64,000 nucleotides of DNA, taken from Balanoglossus misakiensis (lineage: Eukaryota; Animalia; Hemichordata). Below the pieces are notes generated by a model, which was not told the origin of the DNA, made no database searches, and worked only from the letters and a program-made list of their open reading frames with translations. Shown piece after piece: positions 26,545 through 40,200 of the stretch. Position 1 is the stretch's first letter. Every line of letters begins with the position of its first letter. A program made the position numbers and the translations under genes. The stretch covers positions 12,047,096 through 12,111,095 of the forward strand of contig CM082594.2 in NCBI GenBank assembly GCA_040954595.2, in the 5' to 3' direction.

Positions 26545-29500
26545 GCAGGAAGGATGACGACAAAATTCCAAATGATGCCAATGGTAGAAGTGGACAAGGA
26601 CTTGATTTTCCAGCCAGCCAATAAAGTACTTGCATGATGGCAGATGAAGCAAGTTCAAGCATGAAGACTGATGTATAATTTCTGAATGGTGCCAACGGTA
26701 GAAGTTGACAAGGACCTGGTCTTGCAGTCAGCCAATAAACAACTTGCATGATGGCAGATGAAGATATATGGATGTCAAATGAAGAAAACGTACAGGTTTG
26801 CAGGCAACAAGTGTATATTGGAACAAATTCAAACTTAACTCATTGAATCAATTTTATAAAATATGTCACCACTTTGTTCATTGATCATGAATAATTTTTT
26901 TTCTGTTGTTTTGTTAGAATATGCCGAAGAGTGCAGGCTGATGTTGTGTATCTGAATGTTGCCATTGGTAGAAGTGGACAAGGACTTGGTCTTGCTTTCA
27001 CCTAATAAACTCTGTATGATAGCAGATGAAGATATATGGATGTCAAATGAAGAAAACGTACAGGTTTGCAGGCAACAAGTGTATATTGGAACAAATTCAA
27101 ACTTAACTCATTGAATCAATTTTATAAAATATGTCACCACTTTGTTCATTGATCATGAATAATTTTTTTTCTGTTGTTTTGTTAGAATATGCCAAAGAGT
27201 GCAGGCTGATGTTGTGTATCTGAATGTTGCCATTGGTAGAAGTGGACAAGGACTTGGTCTTGCTTTCACCTAATAAACTCTGTATGATAGCAGATGAAGA
27301 TATTTGGATGTCAAATTAAGAAAAAATACAGGTTTGCAGTCAACATTTTAAGAGTGTATATAGTGTTGGAACAAATCCAAACTTAACTCATTGAATCAAT
27401 TTTATAAAATATGTCACCATTTTATTCATTGATCATGAATAATTTTTTTTCTGTTGTTTTGTTAGAATATGGCGAAGAGTACAGGCTGATGTTGTGTATC
27501 TGAATGTTGCCATTGGTAGAAGTGGACAAGGACATGGTTTCCCAGTCACCCAATAAACTACTTGCATGATGGCAGATGAAGATATTTGGATGTCAAATAA
27601 AGAAAACATACAGGTATGCAGTCAACATTTTAAGAGTGTATATAGTGTTGGAACAAATCCAAACTTAACGCATTGAATCAATTTTATAAAATATGTCACC
27701 ACTTTGTTCATTGATCATGAATAATTTTTTTTCTGTTGTTTTGTTAGAATATGGCGAAGAGTGCAGGCTGATGTTGAGTATCTGAATGTTGAAATTGGTA
27801 GAAGTGGACAAAGATTTGGTTTCCCAGTCACCCAATAAACTACTTGCATGATGGCAGATGAAGATATTTGGATGTCAAATAAAGAAAACATACAGGTTTG
27901 CAGTCAACATTTTAAGAGTGTATATAGTGTTGGAACAAATCCAAACTTAACTCATTGAATCAATTTTATAAAATATGTCACCACTTTGTTCATTGATCAT
28001 GAATAATTTTTTTCTGTTGTTTTGTTAGAATATGGCGAAGAGTGCAGGCTCATGTTGTGTATCTGAATGTTGCCATTGGTAGAAGTGGACAAGGACATGG
28101 TCTTCCAGTCAGCCAATAAACTACTTGCATGATGGCAGATGAAGATAATTGGATGTCAAATAAAGAAAACATAAAGGTTTGCAGTCAACATTTTAAGAGT
28201 GTATATAGTGTTGGGACAAATCAAAACTTAACTCATTGAATCAATTTTATAAAATATGTCACCACTTTGTTCATTGATCATGAATAATTTTTTTCTGTTG
28301 TTTTGTGAGAATATGGCGAAGAGTGCAGGCTGATGTTGTGTATCTGCATGTTGCCATTGGTAGAAGTGGACAAGGACATGGTTTCCCAGTCACCCAATAA
28401 ACTACTTGCATGATGGCAGATGAAGATATTTGGATGTCAAATAAAGAAAACATAAAGGTTTGCAGTCAACATTTTAAGAGTGTATATAGTGTTGGAACAA
28501 ATCAAAACTTAACTCATTGAATCAATTTTATAAAATATGTCACCACTTTGTTCATTGAACATGAATAATTTTTTTCTGTTGTTTTGTTAGAATATGGCGA
28601 AGAGTGCAGGCTGATGTTGTATATCTGAATGTTGCCATTGGTAGAAGTGGACAAGGACTTGGTTTCCCAGTCAGCCAATAAAGTACTTCCATGATGGCAG
28701 ATGAAGCAAGTTCAAGCATGAAGAATGATCTTTAATTTCTAAATGGTGCCAACGGTAGAAGTGGACAAGGACTTGGTCTTGCAGTCAGCCAATAAAAAAC
28801 TTGCATGATGGCAGATGAAGATATATGGATGTCAAATGAAGAAAACGTACAGGTTTGCAGGCAACAAGTGTATATTGGAACAAATTCAAACTTAACTCAT
28901 TGAATCAATTTTATAAAATATGTCACCACTTTGTTCATTGATCATGAATCATTTTTTTTCTGTTGTTTTGTTAGAATATGCCGAAGAGTGCAGGCTGATG
29001 TTGTGTATCTGAATGTTGCCAATGGTAGAAGTGGACAAGGACTTGGTCTTCCAGTCAGCCAATAAAGTACTTGCATGATGGCAGATGAAGCAAGTTCAAG
29101 CATGAAGAGTGATGTTTAATTTCTAAATGATGCCAACGGTAGAAGTGGACAAGGACTTGGTCTTGCAGTCAGCCAATTAACAACTTGCATGATGGCAGAT
29201 GAAGATATATGGATGTCAAATGAAGAAAACGTACAGGTTTGCAGTCAACAAGTGTATATAGTATTGGAACAAATCCAAACTTAACGCATTGAATCAATTT
29301 TATAAAATATGTCACCACTTTGTTCATTGATCATGAATAATTTTTTTTCTGTTGTTTTGTTAGAATATGGCGAAGAGTGCAGGCTGATGTTGAGTATCTG
29401 AATGTTGAAGTTGGTAGAAGTGGACAAGGACATGGTTTCCCAGTCACCCAATAAACTACTTGCATGATGGCAGATGAAGATATTTGGATGTCAAATAAAG

Positions 29501-31070
29501 AAAACATACAGGTATGCAGTCAAAATTTTAAGAGTGTATATAGTGTTGGAACAAATCCAAACTTAACTCATTGAATCAATTTTATAAACTATGTCTTGAC
29601 TTTGTTCATTGATCATGAATAATTTTTTTTTCTGTTGTTTTGTTAGAATATGGCGAAGAGTGCAGGCTGATGTTGTGTATCTGAATGTTGCCAATGGTAG
29701 AAGTGGACAAGGACTTGGTCTTCCAGTCAGCCAATAAAGTACTTGCATGATGGCAGATGAAGCAAGTTCAAGCATGAAGAATGATGTTTAATTTCTAAAT
29801 GGTGCCAACGGTAGAAGTGGACAAGGACTTGGTCTTGCAGTCAGCCAATTAACAACTTGCATGATGGCAGATGAAGATATATGGATGTCAAATGAAGAAA
29901 ACGTACAGGTTTGCAGTCAACAAGTGTATATAGTATTGGAACAAATTCAAACTTAACTCATTGAATCAATTTTATAATATATGTCACCACTTTGTTCATT
30001 GATCATGAATCATTTTTTTCTGTTGTTTTGTTAGAATATGTAAAAGAGTGCAGGCTGATGTTGTGTATCTGAATGTTGCCATTGGTAGAAGTGGACAAGG
30101 ACTTGGTTTCCCAGTCACCCAATAAACTACTTGCATGATGGCAGATGAAGATATTTGGATGTCAAATAAAGAAAATATACAGGTTTGCAGTCAACATTTT
30201 AAGAGTGTATATAGTGTTGAAACAAATCCAAACTTAACTCATTGAATCAATTTCATAAAATATGTCACAACTTTGTTCATTGATCATGAATATTTTTTTT
30301 TCTGTTGTTTTGTTAGAATATGGTGAAGAGTGGAGGCTGATGTTGTGTATCTGAATGTTGAAATAGGTAGAAGTGGACAAGTACATGGTTATCCAGTCAC
30401 CCAATAAACTACTTGCATGATGGCAGATGGAGATATTTGGATGTCAAATAAAGGGCAGATGAACATATCTGGTTGTCAAATGAAGAAAATATAAAGGTTT
30501 GTACTCAACCTTTTAAGAGTGTATATAGTATTGGAACACATCCAAATTTAACTCATTGAATCAATTTATACAATCTTTCGCCAATTTGTTCATTAATCAT
30601 GGATAAAATTTTTCTGTTTTTTTGTTAGAATATGGCGAAGAGTGCAGACTGATGTTTTTATCCAGATATTGCCAATGGTAGAAGTGGACAAGGACTTGGT
30701 ATTGCACTCACCCCATAAACTATTTGCATGATGGCAGATTAACATATCTGGTTGTCAAATGAAGAAAATATGAAGGTTTGTAGTCAACATTTTATGAGTG
30801 TATATAGTATTGGAAGACTTCCAAATTTAACTTAAGCCGAATGAATCAATGCTATAAAACGTGTGATCATTTCATTAATTAAAAGCGAATCTATTTTTTT
30901 TTCTGTTACTTTCTTAGCTCAAGCTGAAGTGTGAAGACTGGTGATTTTCCAAATGATGATGATGGTAGAAATGGACAAGGACTTGGTCTACCAGCAACCC
31001 AATAAAATACTTGCATCTTGGCAGATGAAGTCTGAATGCAAAATAAAGAGAAGACATAGATTTTCAGTCG
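26545..31070 (+). repeat. AT-rich tandem array of 14 units (~268-312 bp; three ~385-bp units with an internal duplication)
   Basis: Anchor T-rich tract + AG ends at 26917, 27185, 27465, 27747, 28028, 28309, 28590, 28974, 29363, 29646, 30034, 30316, 30628, 30917. Confidence 0.95.
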
Positions 31071-31867
31071 GCATTTTAAGAGTTTATAATGAGAATGAAG
31101 AGAAAACTTATAGATTGTCTTCCGTCCAGTTTTCTAATAAAGTGACACAATCTCTCTTTTTGAGCTTTGAATGTTGTCAAGTATACATTGAATACTTGCA
31201 TAAAAAATAATGATTTTTAAAATCACCATTCTGTATCAAACGAATTTAATCTCTAAAAGATCAAAAAGAGAGAATGTTGCTGTTTAATCTATTGATCCAG
31301 TGGGGACTATGACATTGACTTTCCTTACATGTTCCCTTTAGCTCACTGGTTATGTGTTATGATAAAGATTGATTCAGATTAGGACACAGTATTAATTATT
31401 TAACTGTAGCCTAAATGTCCATAGATACAGTATTTCTTAGAATTACAAGTTTGCACAGAGCAAACTTTGTTCAGTGAATTTTGCAGTCAAAGGAATTTGA
31501 TTCAATTTATGAAATTGTTTGTGCCATTTCAGCCATTTGTTAATTTCAACACTAAACCTAACCCTACCCCTAACCCTAACTCTAACCCTAACACTAACCC
31601 TAACCCTAACACTAACACTAACAACTAATACTTTGGCTGGAATGGTAAACAGGCTCGGGGAAACTTTGTTTAATAATGGTCTCCAATTTGTTCACCAGTT
31701 AAAAGTTCACAGATGAAAATATGTTAAAGTATTGTATTGTAATTCAATTTAAATTAGCTGTCATTCCCAAAACCTGATTGTGAAGGTCAGGAAAATTAAA
31801 TAAATGGAATTGTATGGGTACAAAATTGTTCTCTATGTATGCATTTATGAATGTATGTAATGTATGT
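31020..31867 (+). repeat. Diverged direct duplicate of 24619-26060 spacer
   Basis: Shared colinear blocks: AAGAGTTTATAATGAGAATGAAG, TTCAGATTAGGACACAGTAT, GCCTAAATGTCCAT, ACAACTAATACTTTGGCTGGA, GGGTACAAAATTGTTCTCTATGTATG. Confidence 0.9.
31556..31622 (-). repeat. Interstitial degenerate telomeric repeat (CCCTAA/CACTAA/CTCTAA)~11, inverted relative to the terminal telomere
   Basis: cctaaccctacccctaaccctaactctaaccctaacactaaccctaaccctaacactaacactaac read directly. Confidence 0.9.
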
Positions 31868-34270
31868 CCCCCTCCAGCCTGCTCCAGTCCCCCTCCAGTC
31901 TGCGCCAGTCCCCCTCCAGTCTGCTCCAGTCCCCCTCCAGTCTGCTCCAGTCCCCCTCCAGTCTGCTCCAGTCCCCCTCCAGTCGGCTCCAGTCCCCCTC
32001 CAGTCTGCTCCAGTGCCCCTCCAGCCTGCTACAGTGCCCCTCCAGCCTGCTCCAGTGCCCCTCCAGCCTGCTCCAGAGCCCCTCCAGCCTGCTCCAGTGC
32101 CCCTCCAGCCTGCTCCAGTGCCCCTCCAGTCTGCTCCAGTGCCCCTCCAGTCTGCTCCAGTGCCCCTCCAGTCTGCTCCAGTCCCCCTCCAGTCTGCTCC
32201 AGTCCCCCTCCAGTCTGCTCCAGTCCCCCTCCAGTCTGCTCCAGTCCCCCTCCAGTCTGCTCCAGTCCCCCTCCAGCATGCTCCAGTCCCCCTCCAGTCT
32301 GCTCCACTCACCCTCCAGTCTGCTCCAGTCCCCCTCCAGTCTGCTCCAGTCCCCCTACAGTCTGCTCCAGTCCCCCTCCAGTCTGCTCCAGTCCCCCTAC
32401 AGTCTGCTCCAGTCCCCCTCCAGTCTGCTCCAGTCCCCCTACAGTCTGCTCCAGTCCCCCTCCAGTCTGCTCCAGTCCCCCTCCAGTCTGCTCCAGTCCC
32501 CATCCAGCATGCTCCAGTCTGCTCCAGCCCCCCTCCAGCATGCTCCAGTCCCCCTCCAGTCTGCTCCACTCCCCCTCCAGCATGCTCCAGTCCCCCTCCA
32601 GTCTGCTCCACTCCCCCTCCAGCATGCTCCAGTCCCCCTCCAGTCTGCTCCACTCACCCTCCAGTCTGCTCCAGTCCCCCTCCAGCATGCTCCACTCCCC
32701 CTCCAGTCTGCTCCAGTCCCCTTCCAGCATGCTCCACTCCCCCTCCAGTCTGCTCCAGTCCCCCTCCAGTCTGCTCATGTCCCCCTCCAGCATGCTCCAG
32801 TCCCCCTCCAGTCTGCTCCAGTCCCCCTCCAGCATGCTCCAGTCCCCCTCCAGCAAGCTCCAGTCCCCTCCAGCATGCTCCAGTCCCCCTCCAGTCTGCT
32901 CCAGTCCCCCTCCAGTCTGCTCCAGTCCCCCTCCAGTCTGCTCCACTCCCCCTCCAGTCTGCTCCAGTCCCCCTCCAGTCTGCTCCACTCCCCCTCCAGT
33001 CTGCTCCAGTCCCCCTCCAGTCTGCTCCACTCCCCCTCCAGCATGCTCCAGTCCCCCTCCAGTCTGCTCCAGTCCCCCTCCAGCATGCTCCAGTCCCCCT
33101 CCAGTCTGCTCCACTCCCCCTCCAGCATGCTCCAGTCCCCCTCCAGTCTGCTCCACTCCCCCTCCAGTCTGCTCCAGTCCCCCTCCAGTCTGCTCCAGTC
33201 CCCCTCCAGCCTGCTCCAGTCCCCCTCCAGTCTGCTCCAGTCCCCCTCCAGTCTGCTCCAGTCCCCCTCCAGTCTGCTCCACTCCCCCTCCAGCATGCTC
33301 CAGTCCCCCTCCAGTCTGCTCCACTCCCCCTCCAGCATGCTCCAGTCCCCCTCCAGTCTGCTCCACTCCCCCTCCAGCATGCTCCAGTCCCCCTCCAGTC
33401 TGCTCCACTCCCCCTCCAGCATGCTCCAGTCCCCCTCCAGTCTGCTCCACTCACCCTCCAGCATGCTCCAGTCCCCCTCCAGTCTGCTCCACTCCCCCTC
33501 CAGCATGCTCCAGTCCCCCTCAAGTCTGCTCCACTCCCCCTCCAGCATGCTCCAGTCCCCCTCAAGTCTGCTCCACTCCCCCTTCAGTCTGCTCCACTCC
33601 CCCTCCAGCATGCTCCACTCCCCCTCCAGTCTGCTCCAGTGCCCCTCCAGTCTGCTCCAGTGCCCCTCCAGTCTGCTCCAGTCCCCCTCCAGTCTGCTCC
33701 AGTGCCCCTCCAGTCTGCTCCAGTACCCCTCCAGTCCCCCTCCAGTCTGCTCCAGTCCCCCTCCAGTCTGATCCAGTGCCCCTCCAGTCTGCTCCAGTCC
33801 CCCTCCAGTCTGCTCCAGTGCCCCTCCAGTCTGCTCCAGTCCCCCCTCCAGTCTGCTCCAGTGCCCCTCCAGTCTGCTCCAGTGCCCCTCAAGTCTGCTC
33901 CAGTCCCCCTCAAGTCTGCTCCAGTCCCCCTCCAGTCTGCTCCAGTCCCCCCTCCAGTCTGCTCCAGTGCCCCTCCAGTCTGCTCCAGTGCCCCCTCCAG
34001 TCTGCTCCAGTCCCCCTCCAGTCCCCCTCCAGTCTGCTCCAGTCCCCCTCCAGTCTGCTCCAGTCCCCCCTCCAGTCTGCTCCAGTCCCCCTCCAGTCTG
34101 CTCCAGTCCCCCTCCAGTCTGCTCCAGTCCCCCTCCAGTCTGCTCCAGTCCCCCTCCAGTCTGCTCCAGTCCCCCTCCAGTCTGCTCCAGTCCCCCTCCA
34201 GCCTGCTCCAGTCCCCCTCCAGCCTGCTCAGGTCCCCCTCCAGCCTGCTCCAGTCCCCCTCCAGTCTGCT
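31868..34270. repeat. 21-bp C-rich subtelomeric minisatellite (CCCCCTCCAGTCTGCTCCAGT), ~114 copies
   Basis: Direct reading; variants CAGCATG, CAGCCTG, CCACT, GTGCCCC. Confidence 0.97.
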
Positions 34271-37200
34271 CGGATTCACAGGAAGTCGCCATCAACTTGG
34301 CCCAGATTCACCGCGCCGTTACCACAGGAAATCGCCGGCAACTTGGCCCAGATTCACCGCGCCGTTACGACAGGAAGTCGCCGGCAACTTGGCCCAGATT
34401 CACCGCGCCGTTACCACCGGAAGTCGCCGGCAACTTGGCCCAGATTCTTGCGCCGTTACGACCGGAAGTCGCCGGCAACTTGGCCCAGATTCACAGCGCC
34501 GTTACGACCGGAAGTCGCCGCAACTTGGCCCGGATTCACAGGAAGTCTCCGGCAACTTGGCCCAGATTCTTGCGCCGTTACGACCGGAAGTCGCCGGCAA
34601 CTTGGCCCAGATTCACCGCGCCGTTACCACCGGAAGTCGCCGGCAACTTGGCCCAGAATCACCGCGCCGTTACCACCGGAAGTCGCCGGCAACTTGGCCC
34701 TGATTTACCGCACCGTTACGACCGGAAGTCGCCGCAACTTGGCCCGGAGTCACAGGAAGTCTCCGGCAACTTGGCCCAGATTCTTGCGCCGTTACGACCG
34801 GAAGTCGCCGGCAACTTGGCCCAGATTCACCGCGCTGTTACGACCGGAAGTCGCCGGCAACTTGGCCCAGATTCACCGTGCCGTTACGACCGGAAGTCGC
34901 CGCAACTTGGCCCGGATTCACTGCGCCGTTCCGACCGGAAGTCGCCGGCAACTTGGCCAAGATTCACCTCGCCGTTACGACAGGAAGTCGCCGGCAACTT
35001 GGCCCAGATTCACCGCGCCGTTACGACCGGAAGTCGCCGGCAACTTGGCCCAGATTCACGCCGTTACGACCGGCAGTCGCCATCAACTTGGCCCAGATTC
35101 ACCGCGCCATTACCACAGGAAGTCGCCGGCAACTTGGCCCAGATTCACCGCGCCGTTACGACAGGAAGTCGCCGGCAACTTGGCCCAGATTCACCGCGCC
35201 GTTACCACCGGAAGTCGCCGGCAACTTGGCCCAGATTCTTGCGCCGTTACGACCGGAAGTCGCCGGCAACTTGGCCCAGATTCACAGCGCCGTTACGACC
35301 GGAAGTCGCCGCAACTTGGCCCGGATTCACAGGAAGTCTCCGGCAACTTGGCCCAGATTCTTGCGCCGTTACGACCGGAAGTCGCCGGCAACTTGGCCCA
35401 GATTCACCGCGCCGTTACCACCGGAAGTCGTTGGCAACTTGGCCCAGAATCACCGCGCCGTTACCACCGGAAGTCGCCGGCAACTTGGCCCTGATTTACC
35501 GCACCATTACGACCGGAAGTCGCCGCAACTTGGACCGGATTCACAGGAAGTCTCCGGCAACTTGGCCCAGATTATTGCGCCGTTACGACCGGAAGTCGCC
35601 GGCAACTTGGCCCAGATTCACCGCGCCGTTACGACCGGAAGTCGCCGGCAACTTGGCCCAGATTCACCGTGCCGTTACGACCGGAAGTCGCCGGCAACTT
35701 GGCCTGGATTAACAGGAAGTCTCCGGCAACTTGGCCCAGATTCTTGCGCCGTTACGACCGGAAGTTGCCGGCAACTAGGCCCAGATTCACCGCGCCGTTA
35801 CGACAGGAAGTCGCCGGCAATTTGGCCCGGATTCACAGGAAGTCTCCGGCAACTTGGCCCAGATTCACCGCGCCGTTACGACCGGAAGTCGCCGGCAACT
35901 TGGCCTGGATTCACCACGCCGTTACGACCGGAAGTCGCCGCAACTTGGCCCGGATTCACTGCGCCGTTCCGACCGGAAGTCGCCGGCAACTTGGCCAAGA
36001 TTCACCTCGCCGTTACGACCGGAAGTCGCCGGCAACTTGGCCCAGATTCACCGCGCCGTTACGACCGGAAGTCGCCGGCAACTTGGCCCAGATTCACGCC
36101 GTTACGACCGGAAGTCGCCAGCAACTTGGCCCAGATTCACGCCGTTACGACCGGAAGTCGCCATCAACTTGGCCCAGATTCACCGCGCCGTTACCACAGG
36201 AAGTCGCCGGCAACTTGGCCCAGATTCACCGCGCCGTTACGACAGGAAGTCGCCGGCAACTTGGCCCAGATTCACCACGCCTTTACGACCGGAAGTCGCC
36301 GCAACTTGGCCCGGATTCACAGCGCCGTTCCGACCGGAAGTCGCCGGCAACTTGGCCAAGATTCACCTCGCCGTTACGACCGGAAGTCGCCATCAACTTG
36401 GCCCAGATTCACCGCGCCGTTACCACAGGAAGTCGCCGGCAACTTGGCCCAGATTCTTGCGCCGTTACGACCGGAAGTCGCCGGCAACTTGGCCCAGATT
36501 CACCGCGCCGTTACCACCGGAAGTCGCCGGCAACTTGGCCCTGATTCACCGCGCTGTTACGACCGGAAGTCGCCGCAACTTGGCCCGGATTCACAGGAAG
36601 TCTCCGGCAACTTGGCCCAGATTCTTGCGCCGTTACGACCGGAAGTCGCCGGCAACTTGGCCCAGATTCACCGCGCCGTTACCAACGGAAGTCGCCGGCA
36701 ACTTGGCCCTGATTCACCGCGCCGTTACGACCGGAAGTTGCCGCAACTTGGCCCGGATTCACAGCGCCGTTACCACCAGAAGTCGCCGGCAACTTGGCCC
36801 AGATTCTTGCGCCGTTACCACCGGAAGTCGCCGGCAACTTGGCCCAGATTCACCGCGCCGTTACGACCGGAAGTCGCCGGCAACTTGGCCCAGATTCACC
36901 GTGCCGTTACGACCGGAAGTCGCCGGCAACTTGGCCTGGATTCACAGGAAGTCTCCGGCAACTTGGCCCAGATTCTTGCGCCGTTACGACCGGAAGTTGC
37001 CGGCAACTAGGCCCAGATTCACCGCGCCGCTACGACCGGAAGTCGCCGGCAACTTGGCCCGGATTCACAGGAAGTCTCCGGCAACTTGGCCCAAATTCAC
37101 CGCGCCGTTACGACCGGAAGTCGCCGGCAACTTGGCCTGGATTCACCACGCCGTTACGACCGGAAGTCGCCGCAACTTGGCCCGGATTCACTGCGCCGTT

Positions 37201-40200
37201 CCGACCGGAAGTCGCCGGCAACTTGGCCAAGATTCACCTCGCCGTTACGACAGGAAGTCGCCGGCAACTTGGCCCAGATTCACCGCGCCGTTACGACCGG
37301 AAGTCGCCGGCAACTTGGCCCAGATTCACGCCGTTACGACCGGAAGTCGCCATCAACTTGGCCCAGATTCACCGCGCCGTTATGACAGGAAGTCGCCGGC
37401 AACTTGGCCCAGATTCACCGCGCCGTTACCACCGGAAGTCGCCGGCAACTTGGCCCAGATTCTTGCGCCGTTACGACCGGAAGTCGCCGGCAACTTGGCC
37501 CAGATTCACAGCGCCGTTACCACCGGAAGTCGCCGCAACTTGGCCCGGATTCACAGGAAGTCTCCGGCAACTTGGCCCAGATTCTTGCGCCGTTACGACC
37601 GGAAGTCGCCGGCAACTTGGCCCTGATTTACCGCACCGTTACGACCGGAAGTCGCCGCAACTTGGCCCGGATTCACAGGAAGTCTCCGACAACTTGGCCC
37701 AGATTATTGCGCCGTTACGACCGGAAGTCGCCGGCAACTTGGCCCAGATTCACCGCGCCGTTACGACCGGAAGTTGCCGGCAACTTGGCCCAGATTCACC
37801 GTGCCGTTACCACCGGAAGTCGCCGGCAACTTTGCCTGGATTCACAGGAAGTCTCCGGCAACTTGGCCCAGATTCTTGCGCCGTTACGACCGGAAGTTGC
37901 CGGCAACTAGGCCCAGATTCACCGCGCCGTTACGACCGGAAGTCGCCGGCAACTTGGCCCGGATTCACAGGAAGTCTCCGGCAACTTGGCCCAGATTCAC
38001 CGCGACGTTACGACCGGAAGTCACCGGCAACTTGGCCCAGATTCACCACGCCTTTACGACCGGAAGTCGCCGCAACTTGGCCCGGATTCACAGCGCCGTT
38101 CCGACCGGAAGTCGCCGGCAACTTGGCCAAGATTCACCTCGCCGTTACGACCGGAAGTCGCCATCAACTTGGCCCAGATTCACCGCGCCGTTACCACAGG
38201 AAGTCGCCGGCAACTTGGCCCAGATTCACCGCGCCGTTACGACAGGAAGTCGCCGGCAACTTGGCCCAGATTCACCGCGCCGTTACCACCGGAAGTCGCC
38301 GGCAACTTGGCCCTGATTCACCGCGCCGTTACGACCGGAAGTCGCCGCAACTTGGCCCGGATTCACAGGAAGTCCCCGGCAACTTGGCCCAGATTCTTGC
38401 GCCGTTACGACCGGAAGTCGCCGGCAACTTGGCCCAGATTCACCGCGCCGTTACCACCGGAAGTCGCCGGCAACTTGGCCCAGATTCACCGTGCCGTTAC
38501 GACCGGAAGTCGCCGGCAACTTGGCCTGGATTCACAGGAAGTCTCCGGCAACTTGGCCCAGATTCTTGCGCTGTTACGACCGGAAGTTGCCGGCAACTAG
38601 GCCCAGATTCACCGCGCCGTTACGACCGGAAGTCGCCGGCAACTTGGCCCGGAATCACAGGAAGTCTCCGGCAACTTGGCCCAGATTAACCGCGCCGTTA
38701 CGACCGGAAGTCGCCGGCAACTTGGCCTGGATTCACCACGCCGTTACGACCGGAAGTCGCCGCAACTTGGCCCAGATTCACGCCGTTACGACCGGAAGTC
38801 GCCGGCAACTTGGCCAAGATTCACCTCGCCGTTACGACAGGAAGTCGCCGGCAACATGGCCTGGATTCACCACGCCGTTACGACCGGAAGTCGCCGCAAC
38901 TTGGCCCAGATTCACGCCGTTACGACCGGAAGTCGCCATCAACTTGGCCCAGATTCACCGCGCCGTTACCACAGGAAGTCGCCGGCAACTTGGTCCAGAT
39001 TCACCGCGCCGTTACGACAGGAAGTCGCCGGCAACTTGGCCCAGATTCACCACGCCTTTACGACCGGAAGTCGCCGCAACTTGGCCCGGATTCACAGCGC
39101 CGTTCCGACCGGAAGTCGCCGGCAACTAGGCCAAGATTCACCTCGCCGTTACGACCGGAAGTCGCCATCAACTTGGCCCAGATTCACCGCGCCGTTACCA
39201 CAGGAAGTCGCCGGCAACTTGGCCCAGATTCACCGCGCCGTTACGACAGGAAGTCGCCGGCAACTTGGCCAAGATTCACCGCGCCGTTACCACCGGAAGT
39301 CGCCGGCAACTTGGCCCTGATTCACCGCGCCGTTACGACCGGAAGTCGCCGCAACTTGGCCCGGATTCACAGGAAGTCGCCGGCAACTTGGCCCAGATTC
39401 TTGCGCCGTTACGACCGGAAGTCGCCGGCAACTTGGCCCAGATTCACCGCGCCGTTACCACCAGAAGTCGCCGGCAACTTGGCCCTGATTCACCGCGCCG
39501 TTACGACCGGAAGTCGCCGGCAACTTGGCCCAGATTCACCGTGCCGTTACGACCGGAAGTCGCCGGCAACTTGGCCTGGATTCACAGGAAGTCTCCGGCA
39601 ACTTGGCCCAGATTCTTGCGCCGTTACGACCGGAAGTTGCCGGCAACTAGGCCCAGATTCACCGCGCCGTTACGACCGGAAGTCGCCGGCAACTTGGCCC
39701 GGAATCACAGGAAGTCTCCGGCAACTTGGCCCATATTCACCGCGCCGTTACGACCGGAAGTCGCCGGCAACTTGGCCTGGATTCACCACGCCGTTACGAC
39801 CGGAAGTCGCCGCAACTTGGCCCGGATTCACGCCGTTACGACCGGAAGTCGCCGGCAACTTGGCCAAGATTCACCTCGCCGTTACGACAGGAAGTCGCCG
39901 GCAACTTGGCCCAGATTCACTGCGCCGTTACGACCGGAAGTCACCGGCAACTTGGCCCAGATTCACGCCGTTACGACCGGAAGTCGCCATCAACTTGGCG
40001 CAGATTCACCGCGCCGTTACCACAGGAAGTCGCCGGCAACTTGGCCCAGATTCACTGCGCCGTTACGACAGGAAGTCGCCGGCAACTTGGCCCAGATTCA
40101 CCACGCCTTTACGACCGGAAGTCGCCGCAACTTGGCCCGGATTCACAGCGCCGTTCCGACCGGAAGTCGCAGGCAACTTGGCCAAGATTCACCTCGCCGT

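Noticed and set aside
26545-31070. Tandem C/D snoRNA cluster
   Set aside because: TGATG and CTGA words occur, but no consistent RTGATGA box C with terminal stem was seen.
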